Source: Eledone cirrhosa
Taxonomy: Eukaryota
Assembly (NCBI GenBank): GCA_964016885.1
Contig: OZ024743.1
Span: forward strand, 28,272,001 to 28,336,000
Direction of reading: 5' to 3'
DNA length: 64,000 bases
Of the stretch, positions 13,195-35,614 are shown in pieces; the first letter of the stretch is position 1; every line of letters begins with the position of its first letter. The position numbers were made by a program, and so were the translations under genes. The notes beneath the pieces were generated by a model. That model searched no databases. It was not told the origin of the DNA and saw nothing but the letters and a program-made list of their open reading frames with translations.

Positions 13195-14221
13195 GAATAG
13201 AATGAAACGAAATTTCATTTCTCACTCTTGGTACGGCTGTTACTTAAATGTAAGTATGTATGTATGTATGTATACGTACATACATATATGTATGCAGACG
13301 TACAGTAGTATGTATATATATACATACATGCACACATATATATGCACGTATCGGTTTACCGAACATTTATTATAAGGCTCGGTTTGTTTGTAAACAAACA
13401 AACAGCCCGAATTACGCCGTACAGTGAGTTAATCGGCCGGGGTACCGAAAACGATAAACGGAAAAAATGAAACGGAAAAAATGAAACGTTGCTGACGATA
13501 GCTAATAAGCTTGAAACTAGTACAGCGTTCCTTTGTCAGTGTTGAACAAATGATCAACGATGGTTGCTAGACACTGTACGGCTTAATTCCGAATGTTTGC
13601 TTACAAACACACCGAGCATTATAATAAATGTTCGGTAAATCCATGCGTACATATATATATATATATGCGTGCATGTATGTATATGTATATACATACTACT
13701 GTACGTCTGTATACATATATGTATGTACGTATACATACTTATATTTAAGTAACAGCCGTACTAAGAGTGAGAAATGAAATTTCGTTTCATTTTTTCCGTT
13801 TATCGTTTTGGGTACCCCGGCCGATTAACTCACTCGATATGCAAATTAGGCTGCTCAGCCGTTAATATGCATAAGGAAAGTATATACTTTCAGGCGTTCA
13901 ACCATCTGGCAGGAAGGTATACGTTGATGACGATAACTAATAAGCTTGAAACTTGTACAGCGTTCCTTTGTCAGCGTTGAACAAATGAGCAACGATGGTT
14001 GCTAGACACTGTACGGCTTAATTCGGGATGTTTGTTTACAAACACACAGAGCATTATAATAAATGTTCGGTGAATCCATACGTACATATATATATGTGTG
14101 CATGTATGTGTATATACATACTACTGTACGTCTGCATACATATATGTATGTGCGTATAGATACTTATATTTAAGTAACAGCCGTACTAAGAGTGAGAAAT
14201 GAAATTTCGTTTCATTTTTCC

Positions 14222-14222
<1 letters not shown>
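13195..14222 (+). mobile_element. TA-flanked hammerhead-bearing element (family B): inverted piece plus two tandem units
   Basis: Direct repeats about 13486-13797 and 13921-14222; 13205-13460 are inverted pieces of them; related copy at 31585-31985. Confidence 0.75.
13485..13529 (+). ncRNA. Minimal type-I hammerhead ribozyme
   Basis: aacguug-CUGACGA-u-agcu-aaua-agcu-u-GAAAC-ua-GUA-cagcguu; palindromic stem III ACUAGU; a degenerate tandem copy lies at 13921-13963. Confidence 0.85.
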
Positions 14223-14283
<61 letters not shown>

Positions 14284-14294
14284 ATATATATATA

Positions 14295-14327
<33 letters not shown>

Positions 14328-14365
14328 GTGTATATATATATATATATGTGTATATATATAAATAA

Positions 14366-14411
<46 letters not shown>

Positions 14412-14413
<2 letters not shown>

Positions 14414-14710
14414 TGTTTATGATACATGTTAATACACTGTTAACGCCTTATCATTGTATTTTATTGTGACATCTATATTGTTTCTGTAAATTAACCGGGG
14501 ATTATCTATTTTATTATATTATATTGAATTATATAATTTTGTTGTTTATTATTTGTTATATGTGTTTCTTGTAATTATATCATATTATTGCCTCATGTAT
14601 ATTGGGTAGATGTATTAGTATTATTTTCACTCTTACCATGCTTATTTTTAATATTCAAACTTCTAATAGGGCTTAATTTTTGTGTAGTCGAACATAGATG
14701 TGTGGGTTGT

Positions 14711-14751
<41 letters not shown>

Positions 14752-15284
14752 ACATATATACATGTATATATTGTACCTTTTGATTTTTAAATTTGGAATT
14801 TTAATGTTGGTAAAAGTATATTATTATTATAATGTATTATATTGTGTTATATATAATTCATGCTCTATATAACCAAATTTGTTTAGATTTAGGTTGGTTG
14901 CTTTGGACTATATTTGTAATATGGTTCTTAATGTTATCTACATCCTTAGTTATTCTTATTATATATTTTTATTATTTTTATCTTTATTTTCATTTTTATT
15001 ATCATATATTTTTGTAAGACATTGGTGTATGTACACTCCATATTCTTCAGAGTTTCTGGCTTGTATCTGCCGATATTACCTCTTGTTGTTTTGATTGCCC
15101 TGATGAGTCCTTAATAGGACGAAACATTGTCGGCTAATAAAAACTTTTGATGTATTAAAGGATTCTTTGTTTTACTCTCTTAATTTTTTGGCTCTGTTTA
15201 ACTGCATTGAGCTATACCTTTTACTGTCATTTCTATAATACGAAGAGGGTGTTTGACTCAAACACGCTCCAGTATTCTAATCCT

Positions 15285-15285
<1 letters not shown>
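14412..15285 (+). mobile_element. AT-rich TA-flanked cassette carrying a hammerhead (Penelope pseudo-LTR-like)
   Basis: Bounded by (TA)n on both sides; canonical hammerhead at 15094-15138 about 150 nt before the 3' TA tract. Confidence 0.55.
15094..15138 (+). ncRNA. Minimal type-I hammerhead ribozyme (canonical core)
   Basis: auugcc-CUGAUGA-gucc-uuaaua-ggac-GAAAC-auu-GUC-ggc(u)aau. Confidence 0.9.
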
Positions 15286-15327
<42 letters not shown>

Positions 15328-15378
15328 GTGTGTGTATATATATGTATATATATGTATATATATGTATATATATGTATA

Positions 15379-15465
<87 letters not shown>

Positions 15466-15490
15466 GTATATATATATATTTATATATATA

Positions 15491-17711
<2,221 letters not shown>

Positions 17712-17743
17712 AAAAAATAGAGGTGTGACACACGAGTTTGTGA

Positions 17744-18125
17744 TATATTAGTAAAAAGGAAAAGGAAATTCTTACAGATTTTTCCCAGTGAAAAATTGTT
17801 TAATTAGGAATAAGTATAAATTAGTAATAAGTATTAGTTAGTATTCAATTTTAGTTTTAAGTTTTTACGGGTTGCACATTTCTTATCCTTTTCAAAAATA
17901 ATTTTGAGATAGAGTGCTCTTGATTTTTGCTCTAATCTGATTAGAGCAAAAATCACGTGCACTCTATCGCAAAATTATTTTTGAAAAGCATAAGAAATGC
18001 GCAACCGGTAAAAACTTAAAACTAAAACTGAATACTAACTAATACTTATTACTAATTTAGACTTATTACTAATTAAACTATATTACATTGGGAAAATGTT
18101 CTTTTCCTTTTTACTAATATATATA
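17744..18125. repeat. TA-flanked fold-back element, imperfect inverted arms of about 190 bp
   Basis: Centre 'tttttgctctaatc-t-gattagagcaaaaa' at about 17938; arms pair out to 'atattagtaaaaaggaaaag' / 'cttttcctttttactaatat'. Confidence 0.8.
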
Positions 18126-18169
18126 TATGTTGGTCGGAGTATCGCTTAAGTCTTTCTCTGTTTATGTAT

Positions 18170-18252
<83 letters not shown>

Positions 18253-18262
18253 ATATATACAC

Positions 18263-18317
<55 letters not shown>

Positions 18318-18318
<1 letters not shown>

Positions 18319-18968
18319 TAATGACATTACTGACATCATCAAACACAGCAACATAAGAATCTTCGCAGATGATTCCAAATTCCAAAGGATCATTAATGAG
18401 ATGGGTGACCGGACTTGCCTCCAGTCAGACCTACAGAAAAGAATAATATGCTGTTGAATGGGAATAAGTTTGAATTAATCTACTTTCGAAAAAAGGATGC
18501 CCTGAAACTACCATACTCTCTTCCTTCGGGTGAAACTCTAGTGGCATCCAATAACATCAGAGACGTGGGAGTAATTGTGGACAACAACATAAGATGGACC
18601 ACTCATATAAACAGCAAAGTTGATATGGCCTGCAGAATGTGTTCCTGGATTCTCAGAACTTTGGAGTCGAGAGATATCCACACTGTTATCCTTCTATTCT
18701 CCACTTTTGCCCAACCCCACCTTCAATACTGTTGTCTTGTCCACTGTGGTCGAAGCAAAGTATCATGAAAGTTGAAGCACCCCAAAGGTCAATTACGAAA
18801 AAGATAGATTGCATGACAGGCCTTGACTATTGGAGTCGATTAGAAAAGCTCAACCTTTATTCTCTCCAACCTCGCCGTTAGCGCTACATTATCTTCATGA
18901 TGTGGAAAATATTCCATCAGCTAGGCCCAAATGATGTTGGCATCACTTTTAATGTACACCCAAGGCTA
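18318..18968 (+). mobile_element. Decayed CR1/L2-group LINE RT fragment
   Basis: [51 protein letters not shown]. Confidence 0.8.
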
Positions 18969-18969
18969 G

Positions 18970-20125
18970 TGGATAGTTTTAACGTACAGCTTTTTTTGAC
19001 TCAACAAGATGCTTCCATAGTTATGCAGTGAGTTCGCGGTAATTTCTATGCAGGTTATACTTGGAGTAATAATAGTTAAAGAATGAAGATTAACATGGTT
19101 GGCTGTACAATAAGGGCTTTATTTAAAGTACTGATAATTGTTTCGTTGATCATGTGGGTCTAGAGTTCGCTAATCGATTGAGGTTGCGTTATTCGATCTC
19201 CAATACATTATCCACCTATAGTCAACACATCAGAGTATGTAGATATGAAAGTAATTCACTCGAGGCAAGACTTATATAGAAAAATAGCGTATAATCAAAA
19301 CAATAACATCAATAATAAAATAGCGTATAATCTAAACAATAACATCAATAATAATACATGTACGGTAAATAGGTAGAGAAGTTACAGATGTAAAAAGTAA
19401 AAGTAAAATATAAGATAGGGTACATTAAAAAGTAAGAAAAAGAGAGAATAGAAAATATAAAGAGATAGCAAATAAATAGGTGAGAGCGTGTAAGTACATA
19501 GTAGTAGTTTTTGAGTAAGTGTTCTTATAAGGATTCGTTGGTGGGAAATTAGATTCGAGATGTACATAGATACGTGTAAAGGGTCCGATAAAAGAGACAA
19601 TAAATTAGAGATTAATTGCTGGATGTATGTATGATAGTTATGGGCTAGGGATGACGAGACATTTCATAAACGCTTGTAAATGTTTTGCCGATTGTTCTAT
19701 CTTAATGGAGTTGGTGCTGTTTCAGGGAGAGAGGGTGAAAGAAATGTTCAGAGATTTATGATCCAGTGTCCAGTCGGCCGTTTGATAGCTAATAGCAGTG
19801 CGATGGTGTGTATTCTATGTTAAAATCTAGGGAGTTCAGTACTAATTTTGGGATTGCTGGTTCAATTCATGGTGGTTTAATGTTTGTGAATCTAGTAGCT
19901 ATTTTATTATTGATGTTATAGTTTTAAGTATACGCTATTTTTCTATATAAGTCTTGCCTCGAGTGAATTACTTTCATATCTACATACTCTGATGTGTTGA
20001 CTATAGGTGAATAATGTATTGGAGATCGAATAACGCAACATCAAGCGATTAGCGAACTCTAGACCCACATGATCAACGAAACAATTGTCAGTACTTTAAA
20101 TAAAGCCCTTATTGTACAGCCAATA
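18970..20125. mobile_element. Hammerhead-bearing element with inverted duplication (family C)
   Basis: 19099-19293 is the reverse complement of about 19929-20123; followed by (TA)n. Confidence 0.7.
19985..20093 (+). ncRNA. Type-I hammerhead-like motif, A9U core variant, extended stem II
   Basis: uacu-CUGAUGU-guuga-[about 70 nt]-ucaac-GAAAC-aauu-GUC-agua; palindromic ACAAUUGU; inverted copy at 19129-19237. Confidence 0.65.
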
Positions 20126-20453
20126 TTATATATATATATATATATTATATATTCATATCTATATATATATATTATATATACATATGTATATATATATATT
20201 ATATATACATATGTATATATATATATTATATATACATATGTATATATATATACATATATATATATATATTATATATACATATGTATATATTATATATACA
20301 TATGTATATATATATATATATATACATATGTATATATATATATACATATATATATACATATGTATATATATATATATACATATATATATATTATATATAC
20401 ATATAAATATATATATACATATATATATATTATATATACATATGTATATATAT

Positions 20454-20502
<49 letters not shown>

Positions 20503-20523
20503 CATATCTATATATATACATAT

Positions 20524-20717
20524 AACGAAGGAAATGTGGTAAGGAACCAGGTGGACCATAACACACCAAAGTACTCAATACTTGAGGTAGTAGAGTGGGT
20601 AATAGGAACCAGTAAGACCCCGACAGCTGAGCTCAAGCCGTTTCGACGGCTAATTCTGGACTAGAATTAGCCGTCGAAACAGCTTGAGCTCAGCTGTCGG
20701 GGTCTTACTGGTTCCTA
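20524..20717 (-). mobile_element. Family A fold-back element, second copy
   Basis: Near-identical to 12974-13170 with the same fold-back point; TA-flanked. Confidence 0.8.
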
Positions 20718-20738
20718 TATATACATATATATATATAC

Positions 20739-20769
<31 letters not shown>

Positions 20770-20880
20770 CATATCTATATATATATATATACATATATAT
20801 ACATACGAGAGACGTAAAATATGTTACTAGATATTAATTCTTTATATATATACATATGTATATATATATATACATATGTA

Positions 20881-20914
<34 letters not shown>

Positions 20915-21502
20915 GATATATATATATATATACATACATATATATTTTTCAATCATTTTCCAATCATATTTTAATATTTGTTTGACCCGAAAAGCTTGCT
21001 CGCTTCTATGGCTTTGCGGTTAATGGTTTAGCCATTGCCTCAGTGTTTTGGGCCTTTTAACGTATGTTTATTGCTCTAGTTCACTCGTTTCTATTGACCC
21101 ACCAAGCTCATGGATGTTATCCAAACATCTTGTTCGGGGTCTACCACTGGATATCCTGCCGGTTGCTTTTGCCCGTAAAATCTGTCCAGCGCTTCTTTCC
21201 CGAGACATTCCAAGCCCATGCCAATAGTTTTGAATTAAATACCAATTGAATTTCTCTACCTGTTTCAATGGTGCTCTATATACATGTAGAGTGCACTGCG
21301 CAGGCATCCCCGAGAGAACGAGTGTCTACGTTTTCGCAGCACTGATTTTCATTCCAGCCATGCAGCACTCGGCATCGAACTTATCGAGACAGAGATCACC
21401 TTTTGCCGAGCTAAGTAACTCCATGTTAATTGAATATTCAAGCCGCCTGATATTACACCTGTCTGTAATGATACAAGGCTGCTCAGGTCATCCTGTTCAT
21501 GT

Positions 21503-21690
21503 AATAATTGTTTCTACTTTTAGGCACAAGGCCAGCAATTATCCAGTACTGGTACTTTATTTTATCGACCCCGTAAGGATGAAAGGCAAAGCTAACCTCG
21601 GCGGGATTTGAACTCAGACCATAAAGGGGCGTAACTCTATGCTGAAAAGCAAGGCGTCCGACCCTCTACCGATATTGCCAAACTACCGAT
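21503..21690 (-). mobile_element. tRNA-derived SINE (duplicated at 26243-26430)
   Basis: Matches the family consensus. Confidence 0.85.
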
Positions 21691-21697
21691 GTAAATA

Positions 21698-21743
<46 letters not shown>

Positions 21744-21744
<1 letters not shown>

Positions 21745-21950
21745 AGTCGCGGGTTCAATCGGAGATAACCACACTAAATAAGGTACTCAATACATTAGTA
21801 GAGTGTAAACATAATGTTTAATATAGAAATAGCATCTACAGGACTAGAATCGTTTCATTTAAAAGAAATCACCAGGAAAACTTTCTTGGTCATTATTTTG
21901 AATGAAGCACTTTTAGTCTTCTAGAAGCCATTTCTGCATTAAGCATTATA
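21744..21950 (-). mobile_element. Old fold-back element with degenerate hammerhead (duplicated at 30979-31175; relative at 42830-42940)
   Basis: Imperfect arms 21811-21878 / 21882-21950; minus strand uuuc-CUGGUGA-uuucuuuuaaau-GAAAC..cuGUA-gaug. Confidence 0.5.
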
Positions 21951-22279
21951 TATATATCTGTTCGATCATGAATACCACGACCTTGCCAGTTAGGTAAGTC
22001 TGATATTTGATTTCGGATTCATAGAAACACTTTAAACGTATAACGTTTGATTTGTCCAGGTGTATTTTTTCAACCTGTTAGTTCGTTCGTTACTTTGGTA
22101 TTGTGTGTTAGATTTTGCCTGCCACAATGTTCAATTTGTGAAGCTATTTAAACGTATGTTATTACTCTAAGGAGTAATAACATACGTTGTCGAGTGCTTT
22201 GCTAACTCATTCATATCGTAGGTCGAATTTGCTTGCACACCGCCAAAGATTCGATTTTACTAAGCCTCCAATTATATGA

Positions 22280-22348
<69 letters not shown>

Positions 22349-22356
22349 ATATATAT

Positions 22357-23587
<1,231 letters not shown>

Positions 23588-23676
23588 TTGGGGAGGGTAA
23601 TACTGTTGCGATAATATTGCCAGAAATAATAACAAAAACCTTGCAAAACAAATTCATCATATATCTATATATATAT

Positions 23677-23767
<91 letters not shown>

Positions 23768-23902
23768 AGTGTATAGAATTAGTTGCATATTGGAGGAACT
23801 AGTGGGCTCATTCTATCGTAAGAAACATTCAAGTAACTATGTGTTTATGTATATACAGAAACAATTTATTTTATATGAAAGAAAACATATATATGTTTAT
23901 GT

Positions 23903-23961
<59 letters not shown>

Positions 23962-24722
23962 AATATGTATACATACATTCGTACATACATACGTAGATGC
24001 ATACATACATAATTACATACATATTTACATACATAAGTACATCCATATAATGGCATACTGGCATACATAGTTATCTCTAGTTAGATGATAGTTTAGTACA
24101 TATCTACACGTGATGTGAAGACACGTTGATTATGAACTTGACTTTGATATGCGGCTTCCTGGGTGTACACACATGAACGTAAGCAACAGCCAGCGCACAT
24201 ATATTTGCTGGCATTTAAATATATAAATAGAATGTCAATGTCAGCACTCACTATCTTGCTTCATCTTCGGCCGTTTCCTATTAGGGCAATCTCTAGCCCC
24301 CATTGTATGTATGTATATATTATAAATAAAATAACAGGAGGCTGGACTGGTGTAAATCCTTGAAAAGTTTATTTAGCACCACCAACTACACAAACGAAGG
24401 CGGGTGAACTGCACTACGGTGAGTACTCTCCATAATAGTACATCAAGATTGACCATACGGAATGACCAATTCTATCCAGTGGTGAACCAACAAACCTAAA
24501 TATATATATATATACATGTGTGTGTGTGTGTGTGTGTGTATGTGTGGTATTTTGTGTGTTTGCTTGTGTGTACATATATTATTGTTAGATTACTACTACA
24601 ACTACAATTATTCAGAGTATTAATAAAAATATGAACATTAATAATAATTTTCCATTAAGCTTCAAATACATTTTACTGAATCTAAAACAATCTTTTGCGT
24701 CGTCAATATTGAGGAATGCATA

Positions 24723-24753
<31 letters not shown>

Positions 24754-24759
24754 TATATA

Positions 24760-25683
<924 letters not shown>

Positions 25684-26635
25684 CATACATATATATTTTT
25701 CAATCATATTTTAATATTTGTTTGACCCGAATAGCTTGCTCGCTTCTATGGCGTTGCGGTTAATGGTTTAACCATTGCCTCAGTTTTTTTGGCCTTTTGA
25801 CGTATGTTTATTGCTCTAGTTCACTCGTTTCTATTGACCCACCAAGCTCATGGATGTTATCCAAACATCTTGTTCGGGGTCTACCACTGGATATCCTGCC
25901 GGTTGCTTTTGCCCGTAAAATCTGTCCAGCGCTTCTTTCCCGAGACATTCCAAGCCCATGCCAATAGTTTTGAATTAAATACCAATTGAATTTCTCTACC
26001 TGTTTCAATGGTGCTCTATATACATGTAGAGTGCACTGCGCAGGCATCCCCGAGAGAACGAGTGTCTACGTTTTCGCAGCACTGATTTTCATTCCAGCCA
26101 TGCTGCACTCGGCATCGAACTTATCGAGACAGAGATCACCTTTTGCCGAGCAAAGTAACTCCATGTTAATTGAATATTCAAGCCGCCTGATATTACACCT
26201 GTCTGTAATGATACAAGGCTGCTCAGGTCATCCTGTTCATGTAATAATTGTTTCTACTTTTAGGCACAAGGCCAGCAATTATCCAGTACTGGTACTTTAT
26301 TTTATCGACCCCGTAAGGATGAAAGGCAAAGCTAACCTCGGCGGGATTTGAACTCAGACCATAAAGGGGCGTGACTCTATGCTGAAAAGCAAGGCGTCCG
26401 ACCCTCTACCGATATTGCCAAACTACCGATGTAAATAATGAACAGGAGAGGTGGTAGTACACACCCATGGCAATTTAGCACCATTTATCCGAACACAATA
26501 TTCGGGCTTTCGAATAGTACAGATTAAAGTTTAAACAAAGAATTTCCTAAGGAGATTTTGATCTTCGTAATTATAATTACTATATATATATATATATATA
26601 TATTTGTTTGACCCGAATAGCTTGCTCGCTTCTAC

Positions 26636-30981
<4,346 letters not shown>

Positions 30982-31501
30982 TCGCGGGTTCAATCGGAGA
31001 TAACCACACTAAATAAGGTACTCAATACATTAGTAGAGTGTAAACATAATGTTTAATATAGAAATAGCATCTACAGGACTAGAATCGTTTCATTTAAAAG
31101 AAATCACCAGGAAAACTTTCTTGGTCATTATTTAAAATGAAGCACTTCTAGAAGCCATTTCTGCATTAAGCATTATATATATATCTGTTCGATCATGAAT
31201 ACCACGACCTTGCCAGTTAGGTAAGTCTGATATTTGATTTCGGATTCATAGAAACACTTTAAACGTATAACGTTTGATTTGTCCAGGTGTATTTTTTCAA
31301 CCTGTTAGTTCGTTCGTTACTTTGGTATTGTGTGTTAGATTTTGCCTGCCATAATGTTCAATTTGTGAAGCTATTTAAACGTATGTTATTACTCTAAGGA
31401 GTAATAACATACGTTGTCGAGTGCTTTGCTAACTCATTCATATCGTAGGTCGAATTTGCTTGCACACCGCCAAAGATTCGATTTTACTAAGCCACCTATT
31501 A

Positions 31502-31584
<83 letters not shown>

Positions 31585-31587
<3 letters not shown>

Positions 31588-31982
31588 TATGTATGCATGA
31601 AAGTATATACTTTCGAACGTTCAACTATCTGGCAGATGGGTATACGGTGCTGATGATAGCTAACAAGCTTGAAACTAGTACATCGTTCCTGTGTCAGTGT
31701 TGAACAAAAAGGTGACGTGGTTGCCTTAACACCGTGCGGCATAAATTCAGGCTGTTCAGTTTGTTTACAACCGAACAAAGCGGGCGCTATAATAAGCGTC
31801 CGCTAAACTGATACGTACATATATGTATGTGTACCTGTATGTATATATGTATATATATATATATATGCATGCTACTCTACGTCTGTATACATATATGTAT
31901 GTACGTATGCATACATACTTACATTTAAGTAAGTGCCGTACTAAGAGTGAGAAATGAAATTTCGTTTTCATTTTATTACAAC

Positions 31983-31985
<3 letters not shown>
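31585..31985 (+). mobile_element. Family B hammerhead element, present only in duplication copy 2
   Basis: Homologous to 13875-14220; flanked by (TA)n on both sides. Confidence 0.8.
31644..31686 (+). ncRNA. Minimal type-I hammerhead ribozyme
   Basis: acggug-CUGAUGA-u-agcu-aaca-agcu-u-GAAAC-ua-GUA-caucgu. Confidence 0.85.
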
Positions 31986-32019
<34 letters not shown>

Positions 32020-32091
32020 TGGGGAGGGTCATATTGTTGCAATAATATTGCCAGAAATAATAACAAAAACCTTGCAAAACAAATTCATCAT

Positions 32092-32122
<31 letters not shown>

Positions 32123-32156
32123 TATACAGAGAGTGAGAGAGAGAGAGAGAGAGGGA

Positions 32157-32235
<79 letters not shown>

Positions 32236-34012
32236 TAGTGTATAGAATTAGTTGCACATTGGAGGAACTAGTGGGCTCATTCTATCGTAAGAAACATTCA
32301 AGTAACTATATGTTTATGTATATGCAGAAACAATTTATTTTATATGCAAGAAAACATATATATGTTTATATACACACACACACATATATATATATATAAA
32401 AAATGTATACATACATTCGTACATACATACGTAGATGCATACATACATAATTACATACATATTTACATACATAAGTACATCCATATAATGGCATACTGGC
32501 ATACATAGTTATCTCTAGTTAGATGATAGTTTAGTACATATCTACACGTGATGTGAAGACACGTTGATTATGAACTTGACTTTGATATGCGGCTTCCTGG
32601 GTGTACACACATGAACGTAAGCAACAGCCAGAGCACATATATTTGCTGGCATTTAAATATATAAATAGAATGTCAATGTCAGCACTCACTATCTTGCTTC
32701 ATCTTCGGCCGTTTCCTATTAGGGCAATCTCTAGCCCCCATTGTATGTATGTATATATTATAAATAAAATAACAGGAGGCTGGACTGGTGTAAATCCTTG
32801 AAAAGTTTATTTAGCACCACCAACTACACAAACGAAGGCGGGTGAACTGCACTACGTTGAGTACTCTCCATAATAGTACATCAAGATTGACCATACGGAA
32901 TGACCAATTCTATCCAGTGGTGAACCAACAAACCTAAATATATATATATATATACATGTGTGTGTGTGTGTATGTGTGGTATTTTGTGTGTTTGCTTGTG
33001 TGTACATATATTATTGTTAGATTACTACTACAACTACAATTATTCAGAGTATTAATAAAAATATGAACATTAATAATAATTTTCCATTAAGCTTCAAATA
33101 CATTTTACTGAATCTAAAACAATCTTTTGCGTCGTCAATATTGAGGAATGCATATATACATACATATATATACATACATTATATATTAGAATTGGTGCTC
33201 TGAAATAGCGATATATATACATGAATGTATATATAGTGTATTTTGCAATACACTGTGTGCTTTATTAAAAGCAGTTTGAAGACCTTGCGGTATTGTTTTA
33301 AAGTAGTGACTATGTCACTTACTTCTATTTTCAGCAAAAAAGGGGAGATAAGCTGACAGTGCTCTGTTTCGTACTGTTGGTACTTATAAAAGCCTAGCAC
33401 CCCTCTTGCCCGCTGAAAATTATGAATGTTGGATTCTTATAGAATTCCAGTAATAATCAAGAACTGATCATACAGAACGGTTCCCGGTCCGGCAAAAATT
33501 GAAAATTAGAATTCGTGCTCTGAAATAGCGATATATATATGAATGTATATATAGTGTATCTTGCAATAAACTGTATGCTTAACTAATAGCATTTTGAAGA
33601 CCTTCGCTATTGTTTTAAAGTAGTGACTATGTCACTTACTTCTATTTTCAGCAAACAAGGGGAGATAAGCTGACAGAGCTCTGTTTCGTACTGGACCGCA
33701 ACCGCTCTGTTTCTGCTGGACCGGCAACCGCTCTGTATAATCAGTTCCTGATTATTACTAGAATTCTATAAGAATCCCACATTCATAATTTTCAGCGTGC
33801 AAAAGGAGTGCTCGGCTTGATAAGAACTAACAGTACGAAACAAAACTCTGTCAGCTTATCTCCCCTTGTTTGCTGAAAATAGAAGTAAGTGACATAGCCA
33901 CTACTTTAAAACAATAGCGCAAGGTCTTCAATATTCTTTTAATTAAGCATACAGTGTATTGCAAAATACACTGTATATACATTCATATATATATATATAT
34001 ATATATATGATA

Positions 34013-34110
<98 letters not shown>

Positions 34111-34159
34111 GTTTAAGTATCGAGAGAGAGAAAAAAGAAGAGATAAGCGATACATATAT

Positions 34160-34820
34160 TTAGTTGCCAATAGCTTGTACAAATGTACTCAATACTGGTG
34201 CCTACAGTGTTAAATATTAGAAGCGTTAATATCTAGCGGGCGAGAATATAAGAAGAGCGGTTACAAGAGAAATGAATACAAAGGAGTATATACCATTAAA
34301 CCAAAGGAGTATATACCATTATATAAAAATGCACCTACGTACGTTTCACCCAAAAAGGCTTCTCAAGGGCATAGAAAACAAAAACAATTATCAGTACGTG
34401 ACCCAGGAGGGGTTTTAAGGTTAAATTTACATCAGAGTTCATTCTTCGTTCAAGTACATGTGATGTTTTTGCCTCAGAGCAAGAGGAGTAACTCTGGCCG
34501 GTGCTTGAATAATCGACCCCCAATGCTTTTTTACCCGTTCACATGATGGTGTTTTGCGTTATTATTTTGTGGGTGCTGCTTTACTAATGCCGGTTCGAGC
34601 CGGATCTGAGAAGCATATTTAGTTCACAGATGTTTGTTTGTGCCACCTGCCCACCGGAGTGTTATGGTTTTTGGGCAGAGGGACCCAGTTTATAGTTTTC
34701 ATGCCACAGTTGGTTCCCACCCGAAATAGGACACCTGTATTCGGTGCCTGCAGTTTATGACCGATTAACTCATAAACAGCAGAGCCGAATCGGTCATATA
34801 CTGCAGGCACCGAATACAAG
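34160..34820 (-). mobile_element. Hammerhead-bearing Penelope-like fragment with terminal fold-back (34736-34818)
   Basis: Hammerhead at 34330-34371; inverted arms tgtattcggtgcctgcagt.tatgaccgatt / aatcggtcata.actgcaggcaccgaataca. Confidence 0.5.
34330..34371 (-). ncRNA. Minimal type-I hammerhead ribozyme, U3-A8 core
   Basis: Minus strand: ugccc-UUGAGAA-gccu-uuuu-gggu-GAAAC-guac-GUA-gg(u)gca; palindromic ACGUACGU. Confidence 0.75.
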
Positions 34821-34901
34821 CCCTTCTAAATGTGTAAGCTAATTCACCTCTAGTGGTTGTATTGATGAACATTACACTCTCGAGTAATGTTCATCACACT
34901 C

Positions 34902-35416
34902 CAGAGTGTAATGTTCATCAATACAACCCCTAGAGGTGAATTAGCTTACAAATTTAGAAGGACCCTAGATAAACATAAACTTAATATTAAGATAGTAGAA
35001 AGACCAGGTACCTCCATAAAAACACTTATTAACAAGACATAGCCTTTTCAAAGACCTCCCTGTATAGATAAGAAATGCATAATTTGTAAACTAAGCCCCC
35101 ATATTAACTGTAAAACTAGAAATGTAGTATATAGCATAAGATGTACTGAAGGACAATGTAAAGATAAAAATATAGTGTACATAGGTGAGACAGCTCATAG
35201 TATAGGATAACGGTTAAATGAACACTGGCGAGAACTTCAAGATAAAAAAGAATCATCAATACTCCACCAACATGCTAAAATAGAACATAAGGGAAAATTA
35301 GAGAACATAGAAATAACGCAATGTTTAGACAAATCACAGAGGCAAAAAACATACATGAACGCCCAAAATTAAATAGAAAACATGAATGGAATAGCAACAT
35401 CACAACTTACAATTAA
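34902..35416 (+). pseudogene. Penelope-like GIY-YIG endonuclease remnant (not in the ORF track; stops at 35040 and 35208, then a deletion/frameshift)
   Basis: Manual translation: QSVMFINTTPRGELAYKFRRTLDKHKLNIKIVERPGTSIKTLINKT*PFQRPPCIDKKCIICKLSPHINCKTRNVVYSIRCTEGQCKDKNIVYIGETAHSIG*RLNEH..LHQH..//FRQITEAKNIHERPKLNRKHEW. Confidence 0.88.
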
Positions 35417-35614
35417 GGACAAAATGAAAACACACACACATATAGAACAAATAACCAACCAGTAACATGTAAATAAACAAATAAATAAACAAATAAAAAC
35501 ACACACAGACATCCGGTTGTAACACATGCGCAAACTAAGCACACAACACACACAAAAACAAGATGGCGTAGGACAGAACAAAGGAGAGGTACAAAACAAA
35601 GAAAATAATCCACA

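Noticed and set aside
35040-35210. In-frame stops in the PLE endonuclease as possible selenocysteine recoding (reported for some Naiad elements)
   Set aside because: The stops are TAG and TAA, not TGA, and are not at Cys positions
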